Shown here: positions 42,092 to 50,992 of the stretch, in pieces | How the letters are laid out: every line of letters begins with the position of its first letter | How positions within the stretch are numbered: position 1 is the first letter of the stretch | From: an uncultured delta proteobacterium | GTDB lineage: Bacteria > Myxococcota > UBA727 > VGSZ01 | Direction of reading: 5' to 3' | NCBI GenBank assembly: GCA_963775425.1 | Contig: CAVZJB010000007.1 | Location: forward strand, 1-64,000 | DNA length: 64,000 nt | Notes under the pieces: model-generated | What the model saw: the letters and a program-made list of their open reading frames with translations, nothing else | The model's database searches: none | Told to the model about the DNA's origin: nothing | Program-made: the position numbers and the translations under genes

Positions 42092-43549
42092 ATGAACGGC
42101 GAGCGGCTCAAGAATTTCGTGGACGGTGCGTGGGTGGAGTCGTCGGGCACGGCGACGGTGGACGTGAAGAACCCGGCCACCGGGAAGACGCTCGCGCAGA
42201 CGCCGATGTCGACGGCGGCGGACGTCGATCGTGCCGTGAAGGCCGCGCAGGCCGCGTTCCCGGCGTGGCGGGCGACGCCCCCGGTCCAGCGCGCGCGCTA
42301 CCTGTTCAAGCTGAAGACCCTCCTCGACGAGCACAAGGAGGAGATTGGCCGCATCTGCACCACCGAGCACGGAAAGACGCTCGCCGAAGCCCAAAGCGAC
42401 GTCGGCCGCGGCGTCGAGAACGTCGAGCACGCCTGCGGGATGCCGACGCTGATGATGGGGCAGGCGCTCGAGGACGTCGCCGGCGGCATCGACTGCGCGT
42501 CCTGGCGTCAACCCCTCGGCGTGTTCGCGGCCATCACGCCGTTCAACTTCCCGCCGATGGTCCCGCTCTGGTTCCTCCCGTACGCGGTGGCCTCGGGCAA
42601 CTGCTTCGTCCTGAAGCCGAGCGAGCAGGTGCCGCTCAGCCAGCGGCGCATCTTCGAGCTCATCGAAAAGGCGGGCTTCCCCAAGGGCGTGGTGAACCTC
42701 GTGAACGGCGGCAAGGACGTCGTCGAGGGCTTCTGCTCGCACGAAGGCATCGCCGGCGTCTCGTTCGTCGGCTCCACCAAGATCGCGCGGCTCGTGTACG
42801 AGACCGCGTCCAGGAACGGCAAGCGCGTCCAGGCCCTGGGCGGCGCCAAGAACTTCCTCCTCATCGACGACACCGCCGTGATGGAGCAGGCCGTGCAGAA
42901 CGCCTGCGACTCCGGCTACGGCTGCGCGGGCCAGCGCTGCCTGGCCGGCTCCACCGTCGTCGCCATCGGCTCCGCCTACGACAAGGTGCGGGAGCTCCTG
43001 ACGAAGCTCACCAACAACGTCGTCGTCGGTGACGGGCTCGATCCCAAGTCCACCATGGGCCCGGTGATCTCGCAGGCGGCCCGCGACCGCATCGCCGGCA
43101 TGATCCAGAAGGGCGTCGACGAGGGCGCCGAGCTCCTCGTCGACGGCCGCACCTTCAAGCCCGCCGCGGGCTACGAGGGCGGCTTCTGGCTCGGGCCCAC
43201 GCTGTTCGACAAGGTCAACCCCAAGATGACCATCGCGCAGCAGGAGATCTTCGGGCCGGTGATCAACCTGATGCGCGCCGACAACGTCGACGACGCCATC
43301 GGCCTCATGAACTCGGTGCCGTACGCGAACGCCGGCTCCATCTACACGTCGTCGGGCAAGAACGCGCGCACCTTCAAGCAGAAGGCGCATCCGGCCATGC
43401 TCGGCGTGAACATCGGCGTGGCGGCGCCCATGGCCTTCTTCCCCTTCGGCGGCGCCAAGCAGTCCATGTTCGGCGACGTGAAGGCCCACGGGCCCGACGC
43501 CGTGCAGTTCTACACGGATCGCAAGGTCGTCATCTCGCGCTGGTTCTGA
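42092..43549 (+). CDS. mmsA: CoA-acylating (methyl)malonate-semialdehyde dehydrogenase
   Basis: ITPFNFPPM, LKPSEQVP, SFVGST, GGAKN, GCAGQRCLA, EIFGPV, GVNIGVAAP. Confidence 0.92.
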   Translation: MNGERLKNFVDGAWVESSGTATVDVKNPATGKTLAQTPMSTAADVDRAVKAAQAAFPAWRATPPVQRARYLFKLKTLLDEHKEEIGRICTTEHGKTLAEAQSDVGRGVENVEHACGMPTLMMGQALEDVAGGIDCASWRQPLGVFAAITPFNFPPMVPLWFLPYAVASGNCFVLKPSEQVPLSQRRIFELIEKAGFPKGVVNLVNGGKDVVEGFCSHEGIAGVSFVGSTKIARLVYETASRNGKRVQALGGAKNFLLIDDTAVMEQAVQNACDSGYGCAGQRCLAGSTVVAIGSAYDKVRELLTKLTNNVVVGDGLDPKSTMGPVISQAARDRIAGMIQKGVDEGAELLVDGRTFKPAAGYEGGFWLGPTLFDKVNPKMTIAQQEIFGPVINLMRADNVDDAIGLMNSVPYANAGSIYTSSGKNARTFKQKAHPAMLGVNIGVAAPMAFFPFGGAKQSMFGDVKAHGPDAVQFYTDRKVVISRWF

Positions 43550-43553
43550 CGTG

Positions 43554-44480
43554 ATGGTCGCGTGGGCTCTGGTGGCCGCGTTGAGCGCCCAGAGCCCCGA
43601 CCCGTCCGACGTCGATCCGGCGCGGGGGCCGCCGGACGCGGCGCTTGTCCCGGGCGCTTCCACGCTCCGCGTGGTGGTCCTCCCGATTGAGAGCGAAGAG
43701 CTCTCCGACGAGGACACCGGGCTGCTGCGCCGCCTGATCGGCATCGAGGTGCAAAAGGCGGGGCTCACCCTCGTCGACAGCGCCGCCGCCGACATCTCCG
43801 TCACCGTGACGCACACCGTGTTCGCGGACGCCGACGTCGTCACCGTCGAAGCCGTGGACGTCGCGCAGCGCGCGCGCTTTTCGAACGCGGTGTCCACGCG
43901 CGAGCGCGGCGAGCTGCCGGAGAAGCTCGGCCCCGTCGTCGCCGAGGTGCTCAAGCGCGCCGTCGCGGCGCTGCCGCCGCTGTTGCGCCCCGACCTGAAG
44001 GCCCAATTCGCCGACGCGCACCTGGGCATCTGTCACGGCGCCGGCGGCTGGTTCTTCTGTGACGACGTGCATCGCGCGGTCACCGAGAACGAATTCGTGC
44101 GCCGCTACCGCGCGGAGACCCAGCGCCACGACCTCGACACGGCGGAGGTCGATCGGGACCCGAGCTACGAGCCCTGGATCTTCATCATCGGCGGCGGCGC
44201 CACGGCCGTCGCCACCGTGGGCGCCACCGTCGCCATCGGCAGCACCACCGAGGGCCAGGCCTTCGCGCGCCAGTCCGACGACACCTGGGTCGTCCTGCCG
44301 GTGCTCGGCCTCAGCGCCTCCCTGAGCCTGCTCGTCTATGGCGCCCTCGAGCTCGACGACGCCGGCTCCATCCACGACGGCACCGAGCTCGACCACGTCC
44401 TCGACGAGCCCACCGCCCAGACCGCCGTGCGCGCCTACGATGACGCCCTGCGCCGCCGCCTCATCCACGACGCGCGCTGA
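43554..44480 (+). CDS. Hypothetical secreted/membrane protein with C-terminal hydrophobic hairpin
   Basis: Signal peptide, RVVVLPIE beta-strand, two C-terminal hydrophobic segments. Confidence 0.6.
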   Translation: MVAWALVAALSAQSPDPSDVDPARGPPDAALVPGASTLRVVVLPIESEELSDEDTGLLRRLIGIEVQKAGLTLVDSAAADISVTVTHTVFADADVVTVEAVDVAQRARFSNAVSTRERGELPEKLGPVVAEVLKRAVAALPPLLRPDLKAQFADAHLGICHGAGGWFFCDDVHRAVTENEFVRRYRAETQRHDLDTAEVDRDPSYEPWIFIIGGGATAVATVGATVAIGSTTEGQAFARQSDDTWVVLPVLGLSASLSLLVYGALELDDAGSIHDGTELDHVLDEPTAQTAVRAYDDALRRRLIHDAR

Positions 44481-44545
44481 CGGTTCCCGCCGGGGCTGGA
44501 TCGGAGCCGTCACCGTGCTACGACGCGGCGTCTCAGGAGGAAGTC

Positions 44546-45421
44546 ATGGCGCGCAAGGTCATCGGTGGTCTCATCCAGTGCAGCAACCCGCTCAACGACC
44601 CCTCGGCGTCGGTGGACGCGGTGAAGAAGGCGATGCACGAGAAGCATCTCGCCTTCGTCCACGAGGCCGGCAAGAAGGGCGTGCAGATCCTCTGCCTCCA
44701 GGAGATCTACAACGGTCCGTACTTCTGCCCGTCCAAGGACCCCAAGTGGTGTGACCAGGCCGAGTCCATCCCCGGCCCCACCGTCGAGGAATTCCAGAAG
44801 CTCGCCAAGCAGTACGGGATGGTCATCATCGTGCCCATCTACGAGCGCGAGATGGCCGGCGTCTACTACAACTCCGCCGCCGTCATCGACGCCGACGGCA
44901 GCTACCTCGGCAAGTACCGCAAGAACCACATCCCGGACGTGAACCCGGGCTTCTTCGAGAAGATGTTCTTCAAGCCGGGCAACCTCGGCTACCCGACGTT
45001 CCAGACCAAGTTCGCCAAGGTCGGCGTGTACATCTGCTACGACCGTCACTTCCCCGAGGGCGCACGCCTGCTCGGCCTGCACGGCGCGGAGATCGTGTTC
45101 AACCCGTCGGCGACGGTGGCCGGGCTCTCCGAGTACCTGTGGAAGCTCGAGCAGCCCGCCCACGCGGTCGCCAACGGCTACTTCATCGCCGCCTCCAACC
45201 GCGTCGGCACGGAAGCGCCGTGGAACATCGGTGAGTTCTACGGCCAGAGCTACTTCTGCGACCCGCGCGGCCAGATGCTCAAGGTCGGCTCGCGCGACAA
45301 GGACGAGCTCGTGGTCGCCGAGATGAACCTCGACCTGATCGAGGAGGTCCGCCGCACGTGGCAGTTCTTCCGCGACCGCCGCCCCGAGACCTACGACGAC
45401 CTCGTGAAGCAGCTCCCCTGA
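44546..45421 (+). CDS. Nitrilase-superfamily beta-ureidopropionase-like hydrolase
   Basis: CLQEIYNGPYFC, GKYRKNHIP, ICYDRHFPEG, FRDRRPETY. AGGAGG SD. Confidence 0.88.
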   Translation: MARKVIGGLIQCSNPLNDPSASVDAVKKAMHEKHLAFVHEAGKKGVQILCLQEIYNGPYFCPSKDPKWCDQAESIPGPTVEEFQKLAKQYGMVIIVPIYEREMAGVYYNSAAVIDADGSYLGKYRKNHIPDVNPGFFEKMFFKPGNLGYPTFQTKFAKVGVYICYDRHFPEGARLLGLHGAEIVFNPSATVAGLSEYLWKLEQPAHAVANGYFIAASNRVGTEAPWNIGEFYGQSYFCDPRGQMLKVGSRDKDELVVAEMNLDLIEEVRRTWQFFRDRRPETYDDLVKQLP

Positions 45422-45437
45422 GCCGTTAGACAAGAAG

Positions 45438-46527
45438 ATGACGACAATCCGCACCCTCGAGCTTCGCGGCACCGACCCCGCCCGCTGGGGCGAGCAGCAC
45501 GGCGAGAGCTTCAAGAGCGACATCCGCGCCCTCTACGACATCCGCCTCGCGCTCACCCTCGGGCGCACGGACTTGAAGACGGCCGACAACGTCCTCGCGC
45601 TCGCGCGCCATCACCTGCCCGTCCTCGAACGGTTCGATCGCCCGCTCTACGACGAGCTGTGCGGCATCGCGGCGGGGCTCGGGGCTCACGCCGGAGCAGA
45701 TCGTCGTCCTCAACCACTACACCGATCTGCGCGACCTCTCGCTCGCCGACCTCAAGGCGCTCGACGCGCGAGAGCCCGAGGGCTGCTCGGCCGTCTTCTG
45801 GCAGGGCGGCGGCCGGCGCATCCTCGCGCAGACCTGGGATATGCACGGCTCCGCCGAGCCCTTCGCGCTGATGCTCAAGGTGCCGGCGGTGCCGCCGTCG
45901 CCCAAGGTGAACGCCGCGGGCATCCCCGAGCAGGGCTCCATCCTGAGCTTCACCATCACCGGCTGCCTCGGGATGACCGGGATGTCGTCGTGGGGGACGG
46001 CGCTCACCATCAACAACCTCAACTCCGTCGACGCCACCGTCGGCGTGGTGTGGCCGGCCACTGTGCGCGCGGCGCTCCGCGAGCACTCGGCCAAGGCGAT
46101 GCGTGACCTCTTGCTGCGCGTTCCCGTCGGCAGCGGGCGTCACTACATCGTCGCCGACGACGTCGACATGTTCGGCATCGAGATGAGCGGCAAGAAGAAG
46201 AAGATCATCCGTGAAGACGGCAAGGAGCCGTACTTCCACACCAACCACTGCGTCGACGCCGAGATGAAGCCCACCGCGCGCATCATGCCGGGGTCCACCA
46301 CGCTCAAGCGCTACGACCAGCTCGGCGTCATCACCCAGCGAGAGCCCGCGGACCTCAAGGCCGCCTTCGACGCGCTCGAGCCGGTCGGCCTGCCGCACAA
46401 CCCGAACAACCCCGACGACGTCGCCACCTGCGGCGCCCTCGCCATGGACATCACCGCGAGGAACGCCATGGCCTGCGTCGGCATCCCCGGGCCGGACGCG
46501 GACGCCATCGTCGTCGAGGTCCGTTGA
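45438..46527 (+). CDS. C45 family autoproteolytic Ntn acyltransferase/hydrolase, frameshifted near 45675
   Basis: WGEQHGE, ELCGIA, then in the shifted frame LNHYTD..EGCSA (cleavage Cys), AQTWD, INNL, HTNH. Confidence 0.8.
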
Positions 46528-47243
46528 TGGCGGGCAAGCTCTTCGCCTCCGCCGAGGAGGCGCTGTTCGACGTCACGGACGGCGCGTCCTTGATGTTCGG
46601 CGGCTTCGGCCTCTCCGGGAACGCCGAGAACTGCATCGCTGCGGTGGCCAAGAAGGGCGTGAAGGGCCTCACCATCATCTCCAACAACTGCGGCAACCAA
46701 CGCCAGGGGCTCGCGCTGCTCCTGCAGCAAAAGCAGGTGCAAAAATTCATCGGCTCCTACGTCGGCGGCAACCCCGACCTCGAGGAGCTCATGCTCAAGG
46801 GCGCGGTGGACGTCGAGCTGTCGCCGCAAGGCACGTTCGCCGAGCGCATCCGCGCGGGCGGCGCCGGCATCGGCGGCTTCTATACGCCCACGGGCGTCGG
46901 CACCGTCATCGCCGACGGCAAGGACGAGCGCACCTTCGTCGACAAGGAGGGGCGCGAGCGCCGCATGATCCTCGAGACGGGGCTGTTCGCGGACTTCGCC
47001 TGCATCCGCGCCAGGACCGCCGACACCTACGGCAACCTCCGCTTCTATCGGACCAGCCGCAACTTCTCGCCGATGATGGCGATGGCGGCGCGCGTCTGCA
47101 TCGTCGAGGCCGAAGAGATCGTCGAGCGCGGCGCCATCGACCCCGACGACGTCCACCTGCCCGGCCTCTTCGTGAAGCGCATCTTCCAGGGCACCGCACA
47201 CAAAGACGTCATCGAGCAGCGCACCATCCGCGCGCGCGTGTGA
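46527..47243 (+). CDS. CoA transferase subunit A (ScoA/AtoD-like)
   Basis: MFGGFGLSG, ISNNCG, SYVG, PQGTFAERIRAGGAGI, DDVHLPG. Confidence 0.9.
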   Translation: MAGKLFASAEEALFDVTDGASLMFGGFGLSGNAENCIAAVAKKGVKGLTIISNNCGNQRQGLALLLQQKQVQKFIGSYVGGNPDLEELMLKGAVDVELSPQGTFAERIRAGGAGIGGFYTPTGVGTVIADGKDERTFVDKEGRERRMILETGLFADFACIRARTADTYGNLRFYRTSRNFSPMMAMAARVCIVEAEEIVERGAIDPDDVHLPGLFVKRIFQGTAHKDVIEQRTIRARV

Positions 47244-47249
47244 GCTCCG

Positions 47250-48071
47250 CTACTGACACTCGTCGACGCCGTCGGTGACGTCGGCGACGCAGAAGACGTC
47301 GGGCGCCGTCACGTGCACGATGGCGAGGTCGGCCCAGGTCCCCTCATCGACGAGGGACGCGCTGATCGACTTGATCACGCTGCCGTGGGCGCGCACCTCC
47401 AGCGTCGCGGCGGTGTCCGTGGGCGTGATGGCGTGGTTCGAATAGTAGGCTGCGCCGACGAGGTAGTCGCCGACGACGGGGACGGAGACGTCGATGAGCT
47501 CGATCGCAGGCGCGGCGGCGCTGCCGCCGTCGACGTCGTCCTGCTCGAGGAGCGGATCGCCGGCGGTGGTGGCGGCGCCGTCCCAGTCGACGCTCGAGAA
47601 GCCCGGGACGCAGTCGCCGTAATAGCACTCGAGCGGCGCTTGACCGCCGCACGTGTCGGAGAACGGGCCGACGGCGACCGTGGTGGTGGCGGCGGTGCTC
47701 GGCGTGACGCAGAAGGGCGCGCCCTTGGTGGCGTGGATGTCGATGTCGGCGGCGGTGGTCCACGACAGGGTGAACGAGAGCACCGCGGGCTCGCCTTCGC
47801 CTTCGCCTTCGCCCTCGCCTTCGCCCTCGCCTTCGCCCTCGCCTTCCCCCTCTCCTTCGCCCTCGCCCTCGCCCTCGCCTTCGCCTTCACCGGGCTCGCC
47901 TTCGCCTTCGCCGGGCTCGCAGGTGCCGCCGGCGGCGCACAGCTCGCCGGAGTCACAGTCCGAGTCGACGACGCACTCGGCGCTCAAGCACGAAGAGGCG
48001 AACGCCGCGAACAGCGGCGCCAGCAGGAGCGCGGGGGAGGCGGGGACGAGCCGCAGGGAGATCAGCCGCAT
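47250..48071 (-). CDS. Lipoprotein with Cys-rich module, (GE)n linker and YfaP/DUF2135-like domain
   Basis: Lipobox ASSC, ECVVDSDC, GE run, LSWTTAADIDIH..DPLLEQDD..GDYLVG. Confidence 0.7.
   Translation of the reverse strand: MRLISLRLVPASPALLLAPLFAAFASSCLSAECVVDSDCDSGELCAAGGTCEPGEGEGEPGEGEGEGEGEGEGEGEGEGEGEGEGEGEGEGEGEPAVLSFTLSWTTAADIDIHATKGAPFCVTPSTAATTTVAVGPFSDTCGGQAPLECYYGDCVPGFSSVDWDGAATTAGDPLLEQDDVDGGSAAAPAIELIDVSVPVVGDYLVGAAYYSNHAITPTDTAATLEVRAHGSVIKSISASLVDEGTWADLAIVHVTAPDVFCVADVTDGVDECQ
47791..47918. repeat. Hexanucleotide tandem repeat encoding poly(Gly-Glu)
   Basis: About 20 degenerate copies of tcgccy. Confidence 0.9.
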
Positions 48072-48955
48072 TGGTCGGTGGCGGAGCCGTCGGTGAGGTC
48101 CTCGATGCAGACGGCGCCTCCGCTCTTGTGGACGACGGCGAGGTCCACCCAGAAGATGGTCGTTCCGTCGAGGGGCACGGTGCGCGTGAACACCACGGAC
48201 TGGCTCGTGCCCTGGAGGATCTCGCCGGTGACGGTCGTGTTCGGCGACGTCCCGCTGTTGCTGTAGAAGCCCGCGCCGAGGAGGTAGTCGCCGTCGGCGA
48301 GCGCCTGCACCGAGACGACCTCCGGCCCGGGCCCCGTGAGGGCGTCGAGCTCGAGCACGGGGTCGCCCGCGCTGTTGCCCGCGACGGCGTCCCACGAGGG
48401 GTGCGTGCCCGAGCTCCTGCAGTCGGAGAAGTTGCAGTCGAGCGGGGCCGCGCTCGGGCACAGCGACGAGGTCGGCCCCACGGACGCCACGTCCACGCCG
48501 ACGAGGTCGATGCAGAATTGACCGTTGGCGTCCTTCTTCGTGAAGTGGATGTCGAGGTCCGCGCTGGTGGAGTCCCACTGGATGCGCGCCACGACCGTCT
48601 GCGGGCCCGGCGGCTCGCCCACCTCGCCTTCGCCCTCGCCCTCGCCTTCGCCTTCTCCTTCACCCTCGCCGGGCTCGCCTTCACCCTCGCCTTCGCCCTC
48701 GCCCTCGCCGGGCTCCCCCTCGCCCTCGCCCTCGCCGACGCCGCGCTCGCAGACGTTGTCGATGCAGGTCTCCCGGGAGTCGCAGTCCCCGTCGCCCTCG
48801 CACTCGACGCAGAGGCCGTCGCTCGAGCAGATCTTGGAGCCGTGGCAGTCGTCGTCGACGGCGCACTCGGCGCCGCCGAACAGCCCGCAGCCCGCCCCCA
48901 GCGCCGGAAGCGTGGCGACGAGGAGGCCGCGGGCGATCAGGGGATGGAGGCGCAT
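48062..48955 (-). CDS. Lipoprotein paralog with Cys-rich modules, (GE)n linker and YfaP/DUF2135-like domain
   Basis: Lipobox GAGC, ECAVDDDC, GE run, IQWDSTSADLDIH..DPVLELDALTGPGPE..GDYLLG. Confidence 0.75.
   Translation of the reverse strand: MRLHPLIARGLLVATLPALGAGCGLFGGAECAVDDDCHGSKICSSDGLCVECEGDGDCDSRETCIDNVCERGVGEGEGEGEPGEGEGEGEGEGEPGEGEGEGEGEGEGEGEVGEPPGPQTVVARIQWDSTSADLDIHFTKKDANGQFCIDLVGVDVASVGPTSSLCPSAAPLDCNFSDCRSSGTHPSWDAVAGNSAGDPVLELDALTGPGPEVVSVQALADGDYLLGAGFYSNSGTSPNTTVTGEILQGTSQSVVFTRTVPLDGTTIFWVDLAVVHKSGGAVCIEDLTDGSATDQCG
48615..48736. repeat. Hexanucleotide tandem repeat encoding poly(Gly-Glu)
   Basis: tcgccy repeats interrupted by Pro codons. Confidence 0.9.
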
Positions 48956-49024
48956 GTGGCCGCTTTGTCGTCGACGGAACGCCTTTCGCCAAGGCGGATC
49001 CGGGTGAGCGACGTCACGCGCCGC

Positions 49025-49393
49025 TCACTGACAGGTGGTGTTGTCGTTGGCCTTGGGGTTTTGCCCCTGCGGGCACTGGTTGCCGTCGTTGGCGCACGAC
49101 GACGCGAGCAGGTCCGGACAGTCGATGTCCTGGAGCTCGCAGCCGCAGTCGCAGGCGCCGTCCCCGAAGAACTTGCCCTTGCACTGCCAGTCCCCGGGCG
49201 GCGGCAGGCACACCCGCGTGCCCGCGGGGTTGGTGTCGTCGGTGGCGACGCAGCCGAGGTCGGGGTCGTCGCATTCGCCGGAGTCCGTACACTCGAGGCC
49301 CACGTTGCCCCGTGAGGCCGCGAGCTGACAGCCGCCGAGCGCCGCGAGGGTGCCTGCCGTGAGCACGGCGAGGAGCAGGGTGAGCGTCTTCAT
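49025..49393 (-). CDS. Small Cys-rich lipoprotein
   Basis: MKTLTLLLAVL..LGGC, CDCGC motif. ATGA overlap with the upstream gene. Confidence 0.75.
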   Translation of the reverse strand: MKTLTLLLAVLTAGTLAALGGCQLAASRGNVGLECTDSGECDDPDLGCVATDDTNPAGTRVCLPPPGDWQCKGKFFGDGACDCGCELQDIDCPDLLASSCANDGNQCPQGQNPKANDNTTCQ

Positions 49394-50919
49394 CGCGCGT
49401 CCTCCCCGTCTTGTTCCGTGGGCTCCGCGGACGCGCCCCCGGCGATGCCCCAGATCAGGCCGGTGACCACGAGCGCCACACCGAGGCCGGCGACGCCGGC
49501 GCCGGTGCCGAACACCACGCGCCCCGTGGGGATGCCGGTGCCGTTGCCGCCGGTGCCGTCCCAGGCGTCCGACGCGTTGTTCACCTTGAGGCGAAGATCG
49601 CGCGCGTCGTCGGCGACCTTGGCGCGGTCGACGTCGCTGCTCTTCTTCACGTAGTCGCTCGCGAGCTTGCCGTCGTTGGCGAGCTCGGGGCAGTCCGTGG
49701 AGCCGAACGACCCGCGGCACAGCCTCACGTAGTCGAAGTACGGCAGCGCCCCCCACACGCCCGCGGCCGCGCCGCCCGCCGTGAGAGCGGCGCCGATGCC
49801 GAGCGTGATCCAGCCGCCGACGCCCCCGCCGCCCTTTTGCTGCGGCGCCTCCGCCGCGGGCTGGTGCTCGCGCTCGAGCGGCTCGATGCGGGTGTCCGTG
49901 TGCGCGGGCTCCGGCGTCGTCGCCGGTCCCGTCGTCGTCGTCGCCGGACCGGTCTCCGCCGGACCGGTCTCCGCCGGGCCCGTCGTCGCAGGGCCCGTCG
50001 TCTCTGGGCCCGTCGTCTCTGGGCCCGTCGTCTCCGGGCCCGGCGTCTCCGGGCCCGTCGTCTCCGGGCCCGTCGTCGCCGGGCCCGTCGTCTCCGGGCC
50101 CGGCGGCAGCGACTCCTTGCTGCACGCGTTGGCCATGGCGCTCGACGCGATCTTGCCGTCGCCGTGGGGGGACTCCACCAGCGTCCACTGCGGGCCGCGC
50201 GACTTGATGTTGATGGTGGCGCCGAACTCCAGCGTCTTCCACTGCCCCTTCGAGAACATCTTCACGGGCTTCTGCAGCGTGCACAGCTCCGACGTCCCCG
50301 TCTCCTCGGGGGGCGGCGGCGGTGGCGCCACCACCACAGGCGGCGGAGGCGGCGGCGGCGGAGGCGGAGGCGGAGGCGGCGGCGGCGGAGGACGCGTCAC
50401 CACCGGCGGCGGCGGCGTGACCACCGGCGGCGGCGGCGGGCGCGACGACGGGCGGCCACCGGTGCACGTGGCCGGGCAACTGTCGCCGCTTTGGACGTTT
50501 CCGTCGTCGCAGGTCTCGCCGCGCTCGATGAGGCCGTTGCCGCACTCGGCCCGCGGCACCCCGCACGCGCTCCCGCCCCCGCCGCGTTGGATGAGCTTCT
50601 CGAGGGCGGTGATCGACGTCTGCACCTCGCGCGCGCGCCGGTGGTGCGGCGCCCGCGAGAGCACGGTCTTGTACAGGCTGAGCGCGCGCACGCGGTCGTC
50701 CGCGAACTGCGCCGCGTCCGCGGCCTGCAGCGCCCACTCGGGGTTCGGATCGACCTTGTCGAGCTCGGTGTACAAAAAGACCGCCTCGCACCAGCGCTCC
50801 TTGAGGAGCGCGCGCTCGGCTGCCGCCTTGTGCGCCTTCAGGTTCTGCCCGAAGGCCGGCAAGGAGAGCGCGGCGGCGACGACGACGATCAGAGCGGGGA
50901 GGGACCGGCGAAAGAACAT
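49390..50919 (-). CDS. Secreted protein: TPR-like helices, myxobacterial Cys-rich repeat, poly-Pro, SH3-like domain, (ETTGP)n stalk, C-terminal hairpin
   Basis: ATG at 50919, CGNGLIERGETCDDGN..GDSCPATC, long Pro run, GPETT repeats, two Gly-rich hydrophobic segments. Confidence 0.7.
   Translation of the reverse strand: MFFRRSLPALIVVVAAALSLPAFGQNLKAHKAAAERALLKERWCEAVFLYTELDKVDPNPEWALQAADAAQFADDRVRALSLYKTVLSRAPHHRRAREVQTSITALEKLIQRGGGGSACGVPRAECGNGLIERGETCDDGNVQSGDSCPATCTGGRPSSRPPPPPVVTPPPPVVTRPPPPPPPPPPPPPPPPPPVVVAPPPPPPEETGTSELCTLQKPVKMFSKGQWKTLEFGATINIKSRGPQWTLVESPHGDGKIASSAMANACSKESLPPGPETTGPATTGPETTGPETPGPETTGPETTGPETTGPATTGPAETGPAETGPATTTTGPATTPEPAHTDTRIEPLEREHQPAAEAPQQKGGGGVGGWITLGIGAALTAGGAAAGVWGALPYFDYVRLCRGSFGSTDCPELANDGKLASDYVKKSSDVDRAKVADDARDLRLKVNNASDAWDGTGGNGTGIPTGRVVFGTGAGVAGLGVALVVTGLIWGIAGGASAEPTEQDGEDAR
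49922..50105. repeat. 15-nt tandem repeat encoding GPETT/GPATT
   Basis: About 12 degenerate copies of gggcccgtcgtctcc with no spacers. Confidence 0.9.
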
Positions 50920-50992
50920 GCGGGGGCCATTATCACCCGAAGCCTTGCCGCGATGCGACAAATGCACGTCGGCCGGGATCGCGTGAGAGGTG

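Noticed and set aside
47653-49007. Plus-strand (Ser-Pro)n ORFs
   Set aside because: Antisense of the GE-repeat lipoproteins, which have signal peptides, lipoboxes and paralogous domains.
49922-50105. 15-nt repeat array as a possible CRISPR
   Set aside because: Head-to-tail repeats with no spacers, in frame within a CDS, and no cas genes.
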